A stretch of DNA of 64,000 bases, taken from the sequence record OL856099. The stretch is one strand, 5' to 3'. Below, in pieces: positions 38,616-47,899 of this stretch (the first letter of the stretch is position 1; each line of letters opens with the position of its first letter). The notes beneath the pieces are model-generated. The model saw nothing but the letters and a program-made list of their open reading frames with translations. It ran no database searches and was not told the DNA's origin. The DNA comes from Shigella phage CWP003. A program made the position numbers and the translations under genes.

Positions 38616-39062
38616 TTAACGGTAATTCACTAGTTGCTGATCACCAGAGAAGGTGCAATGATAAACGAATTGTGCGTTATAAAGCAACTGAAAACTTTTC
38701 TTTGGTTCATTATTAGAACTCATTGATGTAAAGATTTCTGCACCAGAACGGTTTTCACCAATCAGATTGATAAAGCCGCCAGTTGAACGAGGTTGAACGA
38801 AAGTGAAACGTTGCATCCACGGAGTCCGGTTGACACCTTTTCCGGTGAATCCTTGAATCTGAATATTCAGACCTTCTTGCTCATTCACACCGATGTAAGT
38901 GGTAATCTTCGCACCAGTCGTTGCTGCGGTCTTACCGTCCATCGCTTCGCAATCGTAAACAGCGATTGAATCGGAAGTACGGATGGCGGCTTCAGTCGCT
39001 TCCATATACATGGTGCCGAGAATAGCAGTTGCGGCAAGCGCGATTCCAGTGATTCGTTTCAT
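38616..39062 (-). CDS. secreted small protein with signal peptide
   Basis: AGAGGA RBS; MKRITGIALAATAILGTMYMEATEA signal-like N-terminus; two Cys. Confidence 0.5.
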   Translation of the reverse strand: MKRITGIALAATAILGTMYMEATEAAIRTSDSIAVYDCEAMDGKTAATTGAKITTYIGVNEQEGLNIQIQGFTGKGVNRTPWMQRFTFVQPRSTGGFINLIGENRSGAEIFTSMSSNNEPKKSFQLLYNAQFVYHCTFSGDQQLVNYR

Positions 39063-39127
39063 TTTCGTTTCCTCTATGAGTTCTGCTTCAATGATTAAAG
39101 TATACGCCCATTGAAGCAGAAAGCAAA

Positions 39128-40123
39128 TTATTTATTAGCAATATAAGCAAATTTTTGATAGTTATTTGCTTTGATGAGTTTTTCGACTTCAACAAGGTCA
39201 TGAGCGACGTCATCAAGCAAGATATTGCGCCAGGTCGCGAATCGACCGACACTAAACACGTTTAAATCCATAGTCAGCTGCAGGAGTAGGGCGTGTCGCA
39301 AGTCTTTCGGAATGTCGACAATCTTGCCATATTTCTGGTCGACCTTTTCAACTTCTTCAAGAGCAATGTCACTCCATGAAAGGCCAAAGGCCGTCAACAC
39401 TTCGTCGACTTCTGCGCGCAGCTTCATGTCACGGTAACGAGTGATGCCGCCTGCGGCTTCAACTGCAGCTTCACTCACGCTGACCAAAGGAATTGTTTCA
39501 ATGATAAGCGTGTCACCAGTAATTGATGCGCGGTAAGTTCTGACGGAGTAGTCAGGGAAGTAAATTGTCTGATACAAATCACACTTACGTTTAATCTTAA
39601 AGCGGTAAACGCGAATGTTTGCTTTATCAAATGAGAAATCAAGCTTTTGATCAATTCCAGCAAGCTTCATCATGACTGGCAGCGGCGACGTGTTGATGAT
39701 TGGCGTCTCGCTATAGCCGCAAAGAGTATCAACCGGAGTATTAAAGAATATGCGGTCACCCAGTTTGTCGACAAGCTGATCATAAAAGTCATCAGGCGCA
39801 ATATAACGCGTTGCAGTCTTAAGCTTCATGATTGAACGGCTGCCAAATTGATTGGTGACCTTCATGGAATACATATTGGCAAGGTTGATTGGGCAATGGT
39901 CGTGATAGTAGTTGCCGCGAAAATACACAGCCTTGTCAACTGTCACGGCCTTAAAAGGGATTCCGGTAATACGGCTTACTTCTTCGCCGCGAAAGCGTAG
40001 CAGCGCCTTGTGCTGTTGCGCTCGTTCCCCTGCTTCGTACACAATAGAGTTCGGGAAGTGACACGCGGTGATAAGTCCTGCCAATCCGCCGCCGATAATC
40101 ATTACAGGTTGTTTCATGTTCAT
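39128..40123 (-). CDS. FAD/NAD(P)-binding oxidoreductase
   Basis: N-terminal Rossmann motif VMIIGGGLAGL; AAAGGA RBS. Confidence 0.6.
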   Translation of the reverse strand: MNMKQPVMIIGGGLAGLITACHFPNSIVYEAGERAQQHKALLRFRGEEVSRITGIPFKAVTVDKAVYFRGNYYHDHCPINLANMYSMKVTNQFGSRSIMKLKTATRYIAPDDFYDQLVDKLGDRIFFNTPVDTLCGYSETPIINTSPLPVMMKLAGIDQKLDFSFDKANIRVYRFKIKRKCDLYQTIYFPDYSVRTYRASITGDTLIIETIPLVSVSEAAVEAAGGITRYRDMKLRAEVDEVLTAFGLSWSDIALEEVEKVDQKYGKIVDIPKDLRHALLLQLTMDLNVFSVGRFATWRNILLDDVAHDLVEVEKLIKANNYQKFAYIANK

Positions 40124-40255
40124 TTGTCCTTTGTGGGTGATATGAGAAGTATAATAGCTAAATTATTTTACAGCAACAAGTCATTTTATTTAGTACAGAT
40201 GAAAAAAGACCCACAACAAGTGTGGGTCAATTACCGCTGCATAACCGTCCTAAGG

Positions 40256-41095
40256 TTATTCCGCTTGATCACCGTCTTCGGCATCTTCGTTGGGTTCAAC
40301 ATCGACAAACTCGATGTGGCCCATCTCTTCCAGCTTGCTCAGGTAGGAGCGAACGGAAGCGCCAAACAGTTGATCTTTAACTTTTTCGCCCAGCTCATCG
40401 ATAGACTGCGCCACGCCAACTTCGCCTTCTTTGATCGCCGCCAGAACGCGTCCACGGGTGGAATGCTCTTGCGGCTGGCTCAGGCCATTGCCAGTGTAGA
40501 TGAAGTGAGTAGCTTTTGCACGACGTTGACCGTTTGCCTTTTTAGCGGCCTTACGTTCTGCGATGGCTTTGCGACGTTCTTCAGCTTCTTTCTTACGCTG
40601 TTCTTTCTGTTGTTCTGCAGCTTCTTTCGCCGCAATCTTAGCAGCTTCACGCTCTGCCTTGCGTTTCGCTTTAGCTTCTTCTTTGGCCTTCTCTTTTTCG
40701 GCCTTCGCTGCAGCACGGGCTTGATCACGCTCTGCTTTCTTAGCAGCAGCTTGTTCAGCTTTCAGGCGCTTGGCTTCTTCTTTAGCCTTTGCCTTTTCGA
40801 TTTCTTTTGCTGCTTTAGCGGCTTCACGCTCTGCTTTCTTAGCAGCAGCCTTTTCTGCACGCTCTTTAGCTTTCTTAGCTGCTTCTTCAGCACGCTTCTG
40901 AGCCTTCTCATCAGCAGCCTGCTTGCGTTTCAGGGCAGCTTCTTCACGCTTGGCTTGTTTTTCCTGCTCACGCTTCTGGCGTTTTTCTTCGGCTTCTTTC
41001 TTTTTAGCCAGACGTTTTTCTTCAGCCACGCGACGGCGTTCTGCTGCAGCTGCTTGCTTTTCTTCTTTAGATAATACTTTGATTGCTTCGGCCAT
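40256..41095 (-). CDS. K/A/E-rich low-complexity helical protein with small C-terminal globular domain
   Basis: about 200 aa of AKKAEREAAKAAKE-type repeats; RBS TAAGGAC before ATG at 41095 (table ORF starts at GTG 41101). Confidence 0.5.
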   Translation of the reverse strand: MAEAIKVLSKEEKQAAAAERRRVAEEKRLAKKKEAEEKRQKREQEKQAKREEAALKRKQAADEKAQKRAEEAAKKAKERAEKAAAKKAEREAAKAAKEIEKAKAKEEAKRLKAEQAAAKKAERDQARAAAKAEKEKAKEEAKAKRKAEREAAKIAAKEAAEQQKEQRKKEAEERRKAIAERKAAKKANGQRRAKATHFIYTGNGLSQPQEHSTRGRVLAAIKEGEVGVAQSIDELGEKVKDQLFGASVRSYLSKLEEMGHIEFVDVEPNEDAEDGDQAE

Positions 41096-41254
41096 ATTCA
41101 CAGTCCTTAAATAAATTAGTTTATTTTATATTCCCCGTTTGGGATAACTTAATTATGCCTTCAGTCGCCGCCAGTAGCAACTAAAAACTCTGGCGGCAAT
41201 GCCACTTTAATTAAACTGATTTTCAGTTTTATTTTTCGTAAATTTACGTCAACA

Positions 41255-42439
41255 TTAACGCGCTTTCAAATCACGGTACACGGTCAGATTCTTCTTAGCG
41301 CGGGTGATGGCTGTGTACATCATCTTGGCATACGGAACGCCGCGCAAGATTTCTTCTAGCACGCACACATTGTCCCACTCGCTGCCTTGCGATTTGTGCA
41401 CCGTTATGACATAGCCATAGTCCATGCCTCCAACAGCGCGTTGAGCCTCTTTGCGCACTTCCTGATCAGTAGAGAAGGAAAGAGGATTTATCTTCACCTT
41501 TATATCTTTGCCATCGGTAAGCGAGCGCAAATTGACATACATGATTTCATTAGACTCGTCTTCATCCCTTTCAAAGTCCGGTACTGGCTCATAACTAATA
41601 ACAATCCCTTGCTCGCCATTACAGAATCCTGGACCGTGTTGATTGAATGTGCAAATAACTTTCTCGCCGATTCCTGGCATTGGCGTTATACGTCCGCTCA
41701 CTTGGCGCAATAATGAATTCCATTTATCTTTGGTGCTATTATAAGAGCAAATAATTTGATCATCTTCGCCCATGAATTTCTTCAGTGCGGTAACGCGCGG
41801 CGATTCAGCCAACACCTTTACGTCATCGTATTCACGCGGAGGAAGTCGGTTGCCCTGTCGCACGAAGAAGGAAGCGCGGATTATGTTTGACTCTTTCCCC
41901 TGCCGCATGATTTCGGTTAACAGTACGTCAACGGCATCTTCAGTGAAGTAGGCGGCGGCTTTTACCGGAGGGACTTGTCCAATGTCGCCTAATGCCAGGA
42001 CAGGGATGCGGTGATCAAGAAGGCGCTCTGTGTCCCACTCACCGACCATTGAAGCTTCATCAAGGACGACAAGGTGCGGCCTTTCATCAAGCGTTGACTT
42101 TCTTGCGAAGATTGGTTCATTGTCATCGTTAACGCCGCGCACGTTATAGATGAACTGGTGAAGGGTCTTAGCGCCACGACAACCTTTTTGCTTTAATCGG
42201 CTGGCGGCCTTTCCGGTCGGCGCAATATAAATGGCACCGTACTCACCGACACAACGGCGCACAATCTCACGCGCAATAGAGGTTTTACCTGTTCCTGCAT
42301 AGCCAGCGATGAAAAACACGCGCTTCGTCGTTTTACCGTCCTGCAATCGCTTGTACCATGCAACGGCCTTTTCGATGGCATCAATCTGTTGCGCGTTGAA
42401 CTGAATCACTGGCTCATTATTAAATTCTGGAATGTTCAT
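41255..42439 (-). CDS. Dda/RecD-like SF1 DNA helicase
   Basis: Walker A GYAGTGKTS, Walker B VVLDEASMV, C-terminal VITVHKSQGSEWD motif. Confidence 0.7.
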   Translation of the reverse strand: MNIPEFNNEPVIQFNAQQIDAIEKAVAWYKRLQDGKTTKRVFFIAGYAGTGKTSIAREIVRRCVGEYGAIYIAPTGKAASRLKQKGCRGAKTLHQFIYNVRGVNDDNEPIFARKSTLDERPHLVVLDEASMVGEWDTERLLDHRIPVLALGDIGQVPPVKAAAYFTEDAVDVLLTEIMRQGKESNIIRASFFVRQGNRLPPREYDDVKVLAESPRVTALKKFMGEDDQIICSYNSTKDKWNSLLRQVSGRITPMPGIGEKVICTFNQHGPGFCNGEQGIVISYEPVPDFERDEDESNEIMYVNLRSLTDGKDIKVKINPLSFSTDQEVRKEAQRAVGGMDYGYVITVHKSQGSEWDNVCVLEEILRGVPYAKMMYTAITRAKKNLTVYRDLKAR

Positions 42440-42765
42440 TATAACTCCACTACGCTTTCAAGGTCCAGATATACTGGAATAAAATGGCAATCTTCTTTTC
42501 GTTCAAACATCTCACCGTCAACGTGACTGAAGAAAACAGTCGTGTTTGGTATCTTCCACCCTTTCTCGTCGCGCACCAGGTACGCCATGGATTCAACAGG
42601 GATGTAAAGCGATACCGGATTTGCGGCAAAGATGAATTTGATTCTGTCTGGTTGACCCAGGAATCGCATAATTGTAAGACTTGAATTCAGTCTTGTATTA
42701 AGGAAGGACTCAACGATTCCGACGTGTGTCGCACGTTCGCGTTGCTTCGTATCTTTTTCGTTCAT
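42439..42765 (-). CDS. hypothetical protein
   Basis: first gene of minus-strand operon. Confidence 0.4.
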   Translation of the reverse strand: MNEKDTKQRERATHVGIVESFLNTRLNSSLTIMRFLGQPDRIKFIFAANPVSLYIPVESMAYLVRDEKGWKIPNTTVFFSHVDGEMFERKEDCHFIPVYLDLESVVEL

Positions 42766-42868
42766 TTCAGGCGACCTTTGTTAGTGCGGAAATATTTTCT
42801 GATAGTATAATTGCAGATATAGTATAAAGCAAAGTAAATCGAAATTGTGAACTAAATGGTAAATATTG

Positions 42869-42896
42869 TTGACTTTGTATCACTCAATATTATACT
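42869..42896 (+). promoter_or_regulatory. sigma70-type promoter for early plus-strand operon
   Basis: TTGACT, 16-nt spacer, TATACT in the divergent intergenic region. Confidence 0.45.
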
Positions 42897-42925
42897 GCAG
42901 GTATTGATCACCGAAGGAAAGAAAG

Positions 42926-44008
42926 ATGGCTAGTTTAAGAGAAGAAGCAAAAATAATCGAAGAGTTTTTGACGGAACTCCAAAGAGGCATTCCAGAAGAT
43001 GAACGCGTCATGACCGTGTTTGCTCCTGAAGCAACAGTGCAGACTGACGAGCGCGGCAAAAAGATTAACAGCAGCTTCTGGCCTAAGCCTTGGAAGCTTG
43101 GCAAGCCGCTGATGCAACATCAGAACGGTTACGCCTGCATAAGTTCAATGCGTAAGTCTCCCAACCCAAAGACAGGCGAGATGCGATACTGGCGCACGGA
43201 ATCGGCTTTCGGTCATGGCATGGCGATGATGGTCGACGACATCGGACACGGTAAAGGGTCCAAAGGCGATTTGGATTTGGAGTTCTTTTTCGAGCGCCTA
43301 AAACCAACCGTCATTGTCGAGACTTCGCCGAACAACCACCAGCTGTGGTACTTCTTTAAAGACCCGATTGACCATCTTATCCAGTTCAAGGCATTTCTTG
43401 GGTCTTTCGTAAACATGGTACTCAAGAAGGGCGGCGACAACACGATTAAAGATGTGACGCGCGTTGGCCGTGTTCCTGGGTGTATCAACAACAAACGTGT
43501 GACTCACGACGGACCTTACAAATATGTCGATGAGAACGGCGACCCGTTCCGCTGCCGACTTGTTCATGCAGACTACTCTTTGCGCTACACAATCGAAGAG
43601 ATTTGCCAAGCCTTCGGTTTCCACGTCGTTATGCCGCAAAAGCGTGAAATTCAAATCGACGTTGACGAATACAAATATGACGCTGTTTGGTATAAGATAG
43701 CCCAGCAAATCCTTGCGCGCAATAAGATGGGCGAAGGGTCCGATGGCGATGTGGTTGAAAACATGTCAGGTAAATGCCGCATCATCTGTCCTTGGGGTGA
43801 AGAGCACACCAACGGCGACCCATACGGCGCTTATTTTCGCGGCCCAATCCCTGGCGCTGAACATGAATTCGTTTTCGGTTGCGCTCACGACTGCCACCGG
43901 AAAGGGGAAGGCAAGAAAGGATGGACCGCTTTTGTTGAAGCAGTAGTTATGCCTTATATTGAGAATCAACTTGATATGATAAATCGTCGCGCAGGTGGCA
44001 TAAAATAG
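42926..44008 (+). CDS. putative DNA primase (primase-polymerase-like) with C-terminal Cys/His cluster
   Basis: AAGGAAAG RBS; acidic MMVDDIGHG segment; CPWGEEH...GCAHDCH cluster; upstream of P-loop helicase-like gene. Confidence 0.4.
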   Translation: MASLREEAKIIEEFLTELQRGIPEDERVMTVFAPEATVQTDERGKKINSSFWPKPWKLGKPLMQHQNGYACISSMRKSPNPKTGEMRYWRTESAFGHGMAMMVDDIGHGKGSKGDLDLEFFFERLKPTVIVETSPNNHQLWYFFKDPIDHLIQFKAFLGSFVNMVLKKGGDNTIKDVTRVGRVPGCINNKRVTHDGPYKYVDENGDPFRCRLVHADYSLRYTIEEICQAFGFHVVMPQKREIQIDVDEYKYDAVWYKIAQQILARNKMGEGSDGDVVENMSGKCRIICPWGEEHTNGDPYGAYFRGPIPGAEHEFVFGCAHDCHRKGEGKKGWTAFVEAVVMPYIENQLDMINRRAGGIK

Positions 44009-44066
44009 TTTGCTTTTATTTTTCTAGCAACTATAATCATTTTATGAACTGAAGCAGAGGTGATTT

Positions 44067-44213
44067 ATGCAAAGCGAAGAATTGAACATCGAGCTTGAAG
44101 GTCTGTTAAATTCGTTAGAACCTAAGCACGTAGAGCTTCCCACCCTTGAAGGTGTCATGGCTCACCACCAATCGGCTGCGGCCAAACACTACTCTGAATT
44201 TGTTAAGGAATAA
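44067..44213 (+). CDS. small hypothetical protein (48 aa)
   Basis: GAGGTGA RBS; below ORF-table cutoff. Confidence 0.3.
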   Translation: MQSEELNIELEGLLNSLEPKHVELPTLEGVMAHHQSAAAKHYSEFVKE

Positions 44214-44215
44214 AA

Positions 44216-44506
44216 ATGAACGAACCAAAAATGATGACCACTGAAGAAGCACAAAAACTTCGCGTGGAGAACGAGCTGAAGCTTGTCAATGAAATTCTTC
44301 CTCTGTTTAAAGGCTATGCGGTTGAAGAAGTCGTTGGCGCAATCCTTAATGTGTCGACTCACGTGGCGATGAATCTGAATGCAGAGCGTTTCAATACTTT
44401 GCTGACGATCAACAACTTTACTGTCAGTGCGACATTTACCGTTGAGCCAGTCAATTTTGAAGAGGCTGCAGCCGCGATTCAACAACAGAGAAATCAAGAG
44501 GTGTAG
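44216..44506 (+). CDS. hypothetical early protein
   Basis: ATG 3 nt after upstream stop. Confidence 0.45.
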   Translation: MNEPKMMTTEEAQKLRVENELKLVNEILPLFKGYAVEEVVGAILNVSTHVAMNLNAERFNTLLTINNFTVSATFTVEPVNFEEAAAAIQQQRNQEV

Positions 44507-44507
44507 C

Positions 44508-44771
44508 ATGGGCGCTTTCCGCAACGAGTTCATTTGGAACGTTACAAGCAGTCTTTCGACTTGTCCTAACTGTACGAGCGATGTTATCAAGGTGCGGCAG
44601 CATCGCAATGCAGAGGAAGGTGCCTGGGAGGACGGCGACCTTGTAGAGTGCCAGTGCTGCTCTCACGAAGGCGTGGTGGAGCTTTACGCCGGAGAAGGTT
44701 GCCCACCAGCAGACCGTTCAGCACGCGTTGAATGGGATGCGACAGACTCCATCGGTGATACTCAACAGTAA
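44508..44771 (+). CDS. small Cys-rich (zinc-ribbon-like) protein
   Basis: CPNC...CQCC cysteine pairs; ATG 2 nt after upstream stop. Confidence 0.4.
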   Translation: MGAFRNEFIWNVTSSLSTCPNCTSDVIKVRQHRNAEEGAWEDGDLVECQCCSHEGVVELYAGEGCPPADRSARVEWDATDSIGDTQQ

Positions 44772-44789
44772 ATTTAGGTATAGATACAT

Positions 44790-44894
44790 ATGAAAGCCGT
44801 AAAGAAATACACATTAATCATTTCCCTTGTAATCATCCTGGGGCTATTATATGTATTGGATATGGCATATTATTTGGCAGGGGTGAGTAAATGA
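44790..44894 (+). CDS. small hydrophobic membrane peptide (34 aa)
   Basis: MKAVKKYTLIISLVIILGLLYVLDMAYYLAGVSK; stop overlaps next start (ATGA); not in ORF table. Confidence 0.3.
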   Translation: MKAVKKYTLIISLVIILGLLYVLDMAYYLAGVSK

Positions 44895-45181
44895 ATATTG
44901 TAATTCTTTATGGTGAGAATATCAGCGATGACGACATCGAAGTTGCCGTTGATGTTTACGGTATCGATGAGGTGAAACGTGTTGAAGAAATTAATGGCTC
45001 AAATCTTAATGAGATTGCCAAAGAAGCTGGTTGCCCTTCTGAAGAGATTCTGGTGGTTACTAACGATGACCTGTCTTCTATGGATTGTTTGCGTCGCATC
45101 TTCACCGATTGCCAATACCTTCATTCTGTTCAGTCAGTAAACAAATTGAGAAAGGCATACGCTGACCAATTTCCTTGCTGA
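44891..45181 (+). CDS. hypothetical acidic early protein
   Basis: ORF followed by terminator hairpin. Confidence 0.45.
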   Translation: MNIVILYGENISDDDIEVAVDVYGIDEVKRVEEINGSNLNEIAKEAGCPSEEILVVTNDDLSSMDCLRRIFTDCQYLHSVQSVNKLRKAYADQFPC

Positions 45182-45235
45182 TAGTTCACCAGTTATATTG
45201 CTTTAAACTGAGTTTTACTATATTAATATACAACG

Positions 45236-45262
45236 CCAGATTTCTGGCGTTTATTTACCGCA
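45236..45262 (+). terminator. rho-independent terminator
   Basis: CGCCAGA-TTTC-TGGCG hairpin followed by TTTATTT. Confidence 0.4.
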
Positions 45263-45317
45263 CCCTGAAAGGATATATCCATGCAACAATATAACAAAGC
45301 CGTATCAGGAGGATTAA

Positions 45318-46988
45318 ATGTCAATTGAACATGACAATCTTCCAGAGGATACAGGTGATGAATTTGGTGCAATCTTTGACGAAATTCAAGACGCTGGTGT
45401 TTCAGAAGAAATGCAAGCGGCAGAGCAGCAAGGCACCAGAGCTAAAATCAGCCTACAGCACAAGGCTGTTGAGAAAGATGCAGAGCGCATGGAATGCTAC
45501 GGTGAAGAAGACTTGGTTGAAAGAGCACGTTTGCTCGCCTCACTTCAGGTAATCAAGTTCCCTCATTATAAACCGACGAAAGATGATTTTGTTCTTCAGG
45601 CGGACCGGACGAGTGACATGAACCGTTATGCGGTTTTCGACGCGTTGTTTGATAAGGGAAGCGGCATCGTCCCATTCCCTCACAAAGATACTTTTCGTGG
45701 ACGCTTAGTCGACCATCGCGGCGAAACATTCACCGACCGGACGTTGGAAGTCACAGAGATAGTTGCCGCTGTCGATGCAGCAGGCCTGTCCAACCCAAAC
45801 TCACGTCAGGTCGCTCAATCCTATAAGGAATGGGCCATGCGTTATCAGCGCGACGACCTGATGGACTTCTTCTACAAGAAGCTTCCTGAATGGGACGGTA
45901 CTGCGCGCATTGAGAAATACCTTATCGAGCTATTCCGACCGTTCGATACAGAGTTAAACCGACAAATCGGTGTGTATTTTTGGCTATCGCTCTATAACCG
46001 CCTGACCAACCCTGGCTGTCAAGCGCCAATCTCCATCGCGCTCATCGGCGGCCAGAACGCAGGGAAGAGTTATTTTAGTAAGCTGCTTTGCGAAGCTATT
46101 ATGAACGACCGCCACGCAACACCGATTCCGTTGAACTTGGCCGCGCAGAACTTCAACCCGTTCTTGCGAGCTATTACGGGTCGCTCAATTATCGCGAACG
46201 TTGGCGAGATGACGGGCTTTAAAAAGGCCGACATCGAAAACATGAAGGCATTCCTGACTAAGACGGAAGATGACCTGGACTTCAAATTTGAAGACACGCA
46301 GGTCAAACCACGCCAGTGGATTGCTATCATGGACGGCAACGAATACGCAGGCATGCAGCGTGACGATACGGGCAACCGTCGTGTGTATCCTATCTTTGTT
46401 GGCCAACTCGCCGACAAGGACGGGCAACCGAACTGGTCAAAAGACTTCCAAGCTGACCTTTCCACTTTGAAAGAAGACGTTTGGCAACTGATGGCTGAGT
46501 GTGCTGCGTGGATGGAGAAGCACGGCGAAGCAGGTTACAACGCGTTTGTCGGTGAAACGTCTCGCATGCTTACTGAGTTCAGTAAGAACGAAATGGAACG
46601 CGCTCGCGGCGTTATCCGTGATGAGATGGTCGACAACGACCTTGTTGAAGTCGTCATTACCGCGCCTTATGACCGACATCACAGCGGACGCTGGCACATC
46701 ACCAGTGGTGCAATCGCTATGGGATTCAGAGCTAAGTGCGGCAAGTCGCCTTTCTCACGTACCCTTGCGCCGCACATGTCGAAGCTTGGATTTGAGCCTG
46801 CAACCTATCGCAACCAGCGCGGCTACTTTACGCCGCTGATTAAGAATGAAGCAGGGGAATACATTTCTGACTTGATGACTATCTTAGCGTATCTTATTCG
46901 CGACGAGTCTGACCCTGAAGATATTGAATTCTTGAAGAAGGTTATTGAACGCAAACGTTCTTTAGGAAGAGATAAGGATGAATTCTGA
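45318..46988 (+). CDS. P-loop NTPase, primase-associated helicase-like
   Basis: CAGGAGGA RBS; Walker A IALIGGQNAGKSY; 556 aa; follows primase-like gene. Confidence 0.5.
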   Translation: MSIEHDNLPEDTGDEFGAIFDEIQDAGVSEEMQAAEQQGTRAKISLQHKAVEKDAERMECYGEEDLVERARLLASLQVIKFPHYKPTKDDFVLQADRTSDMNRYAVFDALFDKGSGIVPFPHKDTFRGRLVDHRGETFTDRTLEVTEIVAAVDAAGLSNPNSRQVAQSYKEWAMRYQRDDLMDFFYKKLPEWDGTARIEKYLIELFRPFDTELNRQIGVYFWLSLYNRLTNPGCQAPISIALIGGQNAGKSYFSKLLCEAIMNDRHATPIPLNLAAQNFNPFLRAITGRSIIANVGEMTGFKKADIENMKAFLTKTEDDLDFKFEDTQVKPRQWIAIMDGNEYAGMQRDDTGNRRVYPIFVGQLADKDGQPNWSKDFQADLSTLKEDVWQLMAECAAWMEKHGEAGYNAFVGETSRMLTEFSKNEMERARGVIRDEMVDNDLVEVVITAPYDRHHSGRWHITSGAIAMGFRAKCGKSPFSRTLAPHMSKLGFEPATYRNQRGYFTPLIKNEAGEYISDLMTILAYLIRDESDPEDIEFLKKVIERKRSLGRDKDEF

Positions 46989-47635
46989 TGAATAAAGCAA
47001 TCAACATCGCTAAATTCTTTCAACATCTCGGTGAACTGAACAAAGAGAGTGACGTTCACGGAGAAGAAATGAACCGGATGATTTCAACCGTGTTGCGTGG
47101 TTTTGGTTACGATAAGGACTCAATCACCTGTAAGCGCACGAAGCTTGTCGATGAGACATACCTTTACTACGTTGAATTGCGCGTAGGCAAAGATTTGATG
47201 ATCATCGACCCTAAATTGGAAGGGGCGCACTGTTTTGGCGCTCACCCTCGTGCGAGTGAATTCAAGGGTCGCGGTCGCAACCGACTCCAGAAGCTTGATG
47301 ATGCAGGCGACCTGAACATCTCGATGTTCCTCAAAGAGTTCCTTGCTCTGCCGAAGGTTGCATCTTCAACGGGCCGTGATGACCTGTGCAAGATTGGATT
47401 CAGAACTAAAGATTTGCGCAATGCGCTACGCAAGAAGGGATTTGTGCCTTCTTATGATAACGTCGCCGCGCTGATGGCTTCCATGGAGGAAGCTGAAGCA
47501 ATGGACAAGGTGCGCGGCTATTTCCTGAATACAGGCTACACAATGTATGAGTGGCACACCAAAGGATTGACGGTCGCCGACTTCATCTATTCATTAGAGC
47601 AGAAGTATGTACGCAATATGCAGGCCACAGGATAA
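46988..47635 (+). CDS. hypothetical protein
   Basis: ATG overlapping upstream stop (ATGA). Confidence 0.45.
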   Translation: MNKAINIAKFFQHLGELNKESDVHGEEMNRMISTVLRGFGYDKDSITCKRTKLVDETYLYYVELRVGKDLMIIDPKLEGAHCFGAHPRASEFKGRGRNRLQKLDDAGDLNISMFLKEFLALPKVASSTGRDDLCKIGFRTKDLRNALRKKGFVPSYDNVAALMASMEEAEAMDKVRGYFLNTGYTMYEWHTKGLTVADFIYSLEQKYVRNMQATG

Positions 47636-47674
47636 TTATCATCAAAATATTTGCTTTTCTGACGAGGTGATATT

Positions 47675-47899
47675 ATGATTAATTTAGACAGGATTGAGTT
47701 AGCACTTAGTACCTTAATCAAATATTACCAGTTTGCTTTTAAGGCTAGTTTATTTGGCTTGTTCAATCCTCATCAAGCAGCAAAGGCGCGAAGCAATGCC
47801 AACCGCCTGCGCTGCACTGGTATAGTCATCCACGACCGGATATTGACAGAGGGTAGATTCAGCCATGAATACACAAGGGAGAATAACAAAGCAACGTAG
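47675..47899 (+). CDS. hypothetical small protein
   Basis: GAGGTGA RBS. Confidence 0.35.
   Translation: MINLDRIELALSTLIKYYQFAFKASLFGLFNPHQAAKARSNANRLRCTGIVIHDRILTEGRFSHEYTRENNKAT

Noticed and set aside
40010-41074. 354-aa plus-strand ORF rich in Phe/Leu/Ser
   Set aside because: It is the antisense reading of the K/A/E-rich low-complexity gene on the minus strand; it has no RBS and its composition is the mirror artefact expected from the repeat
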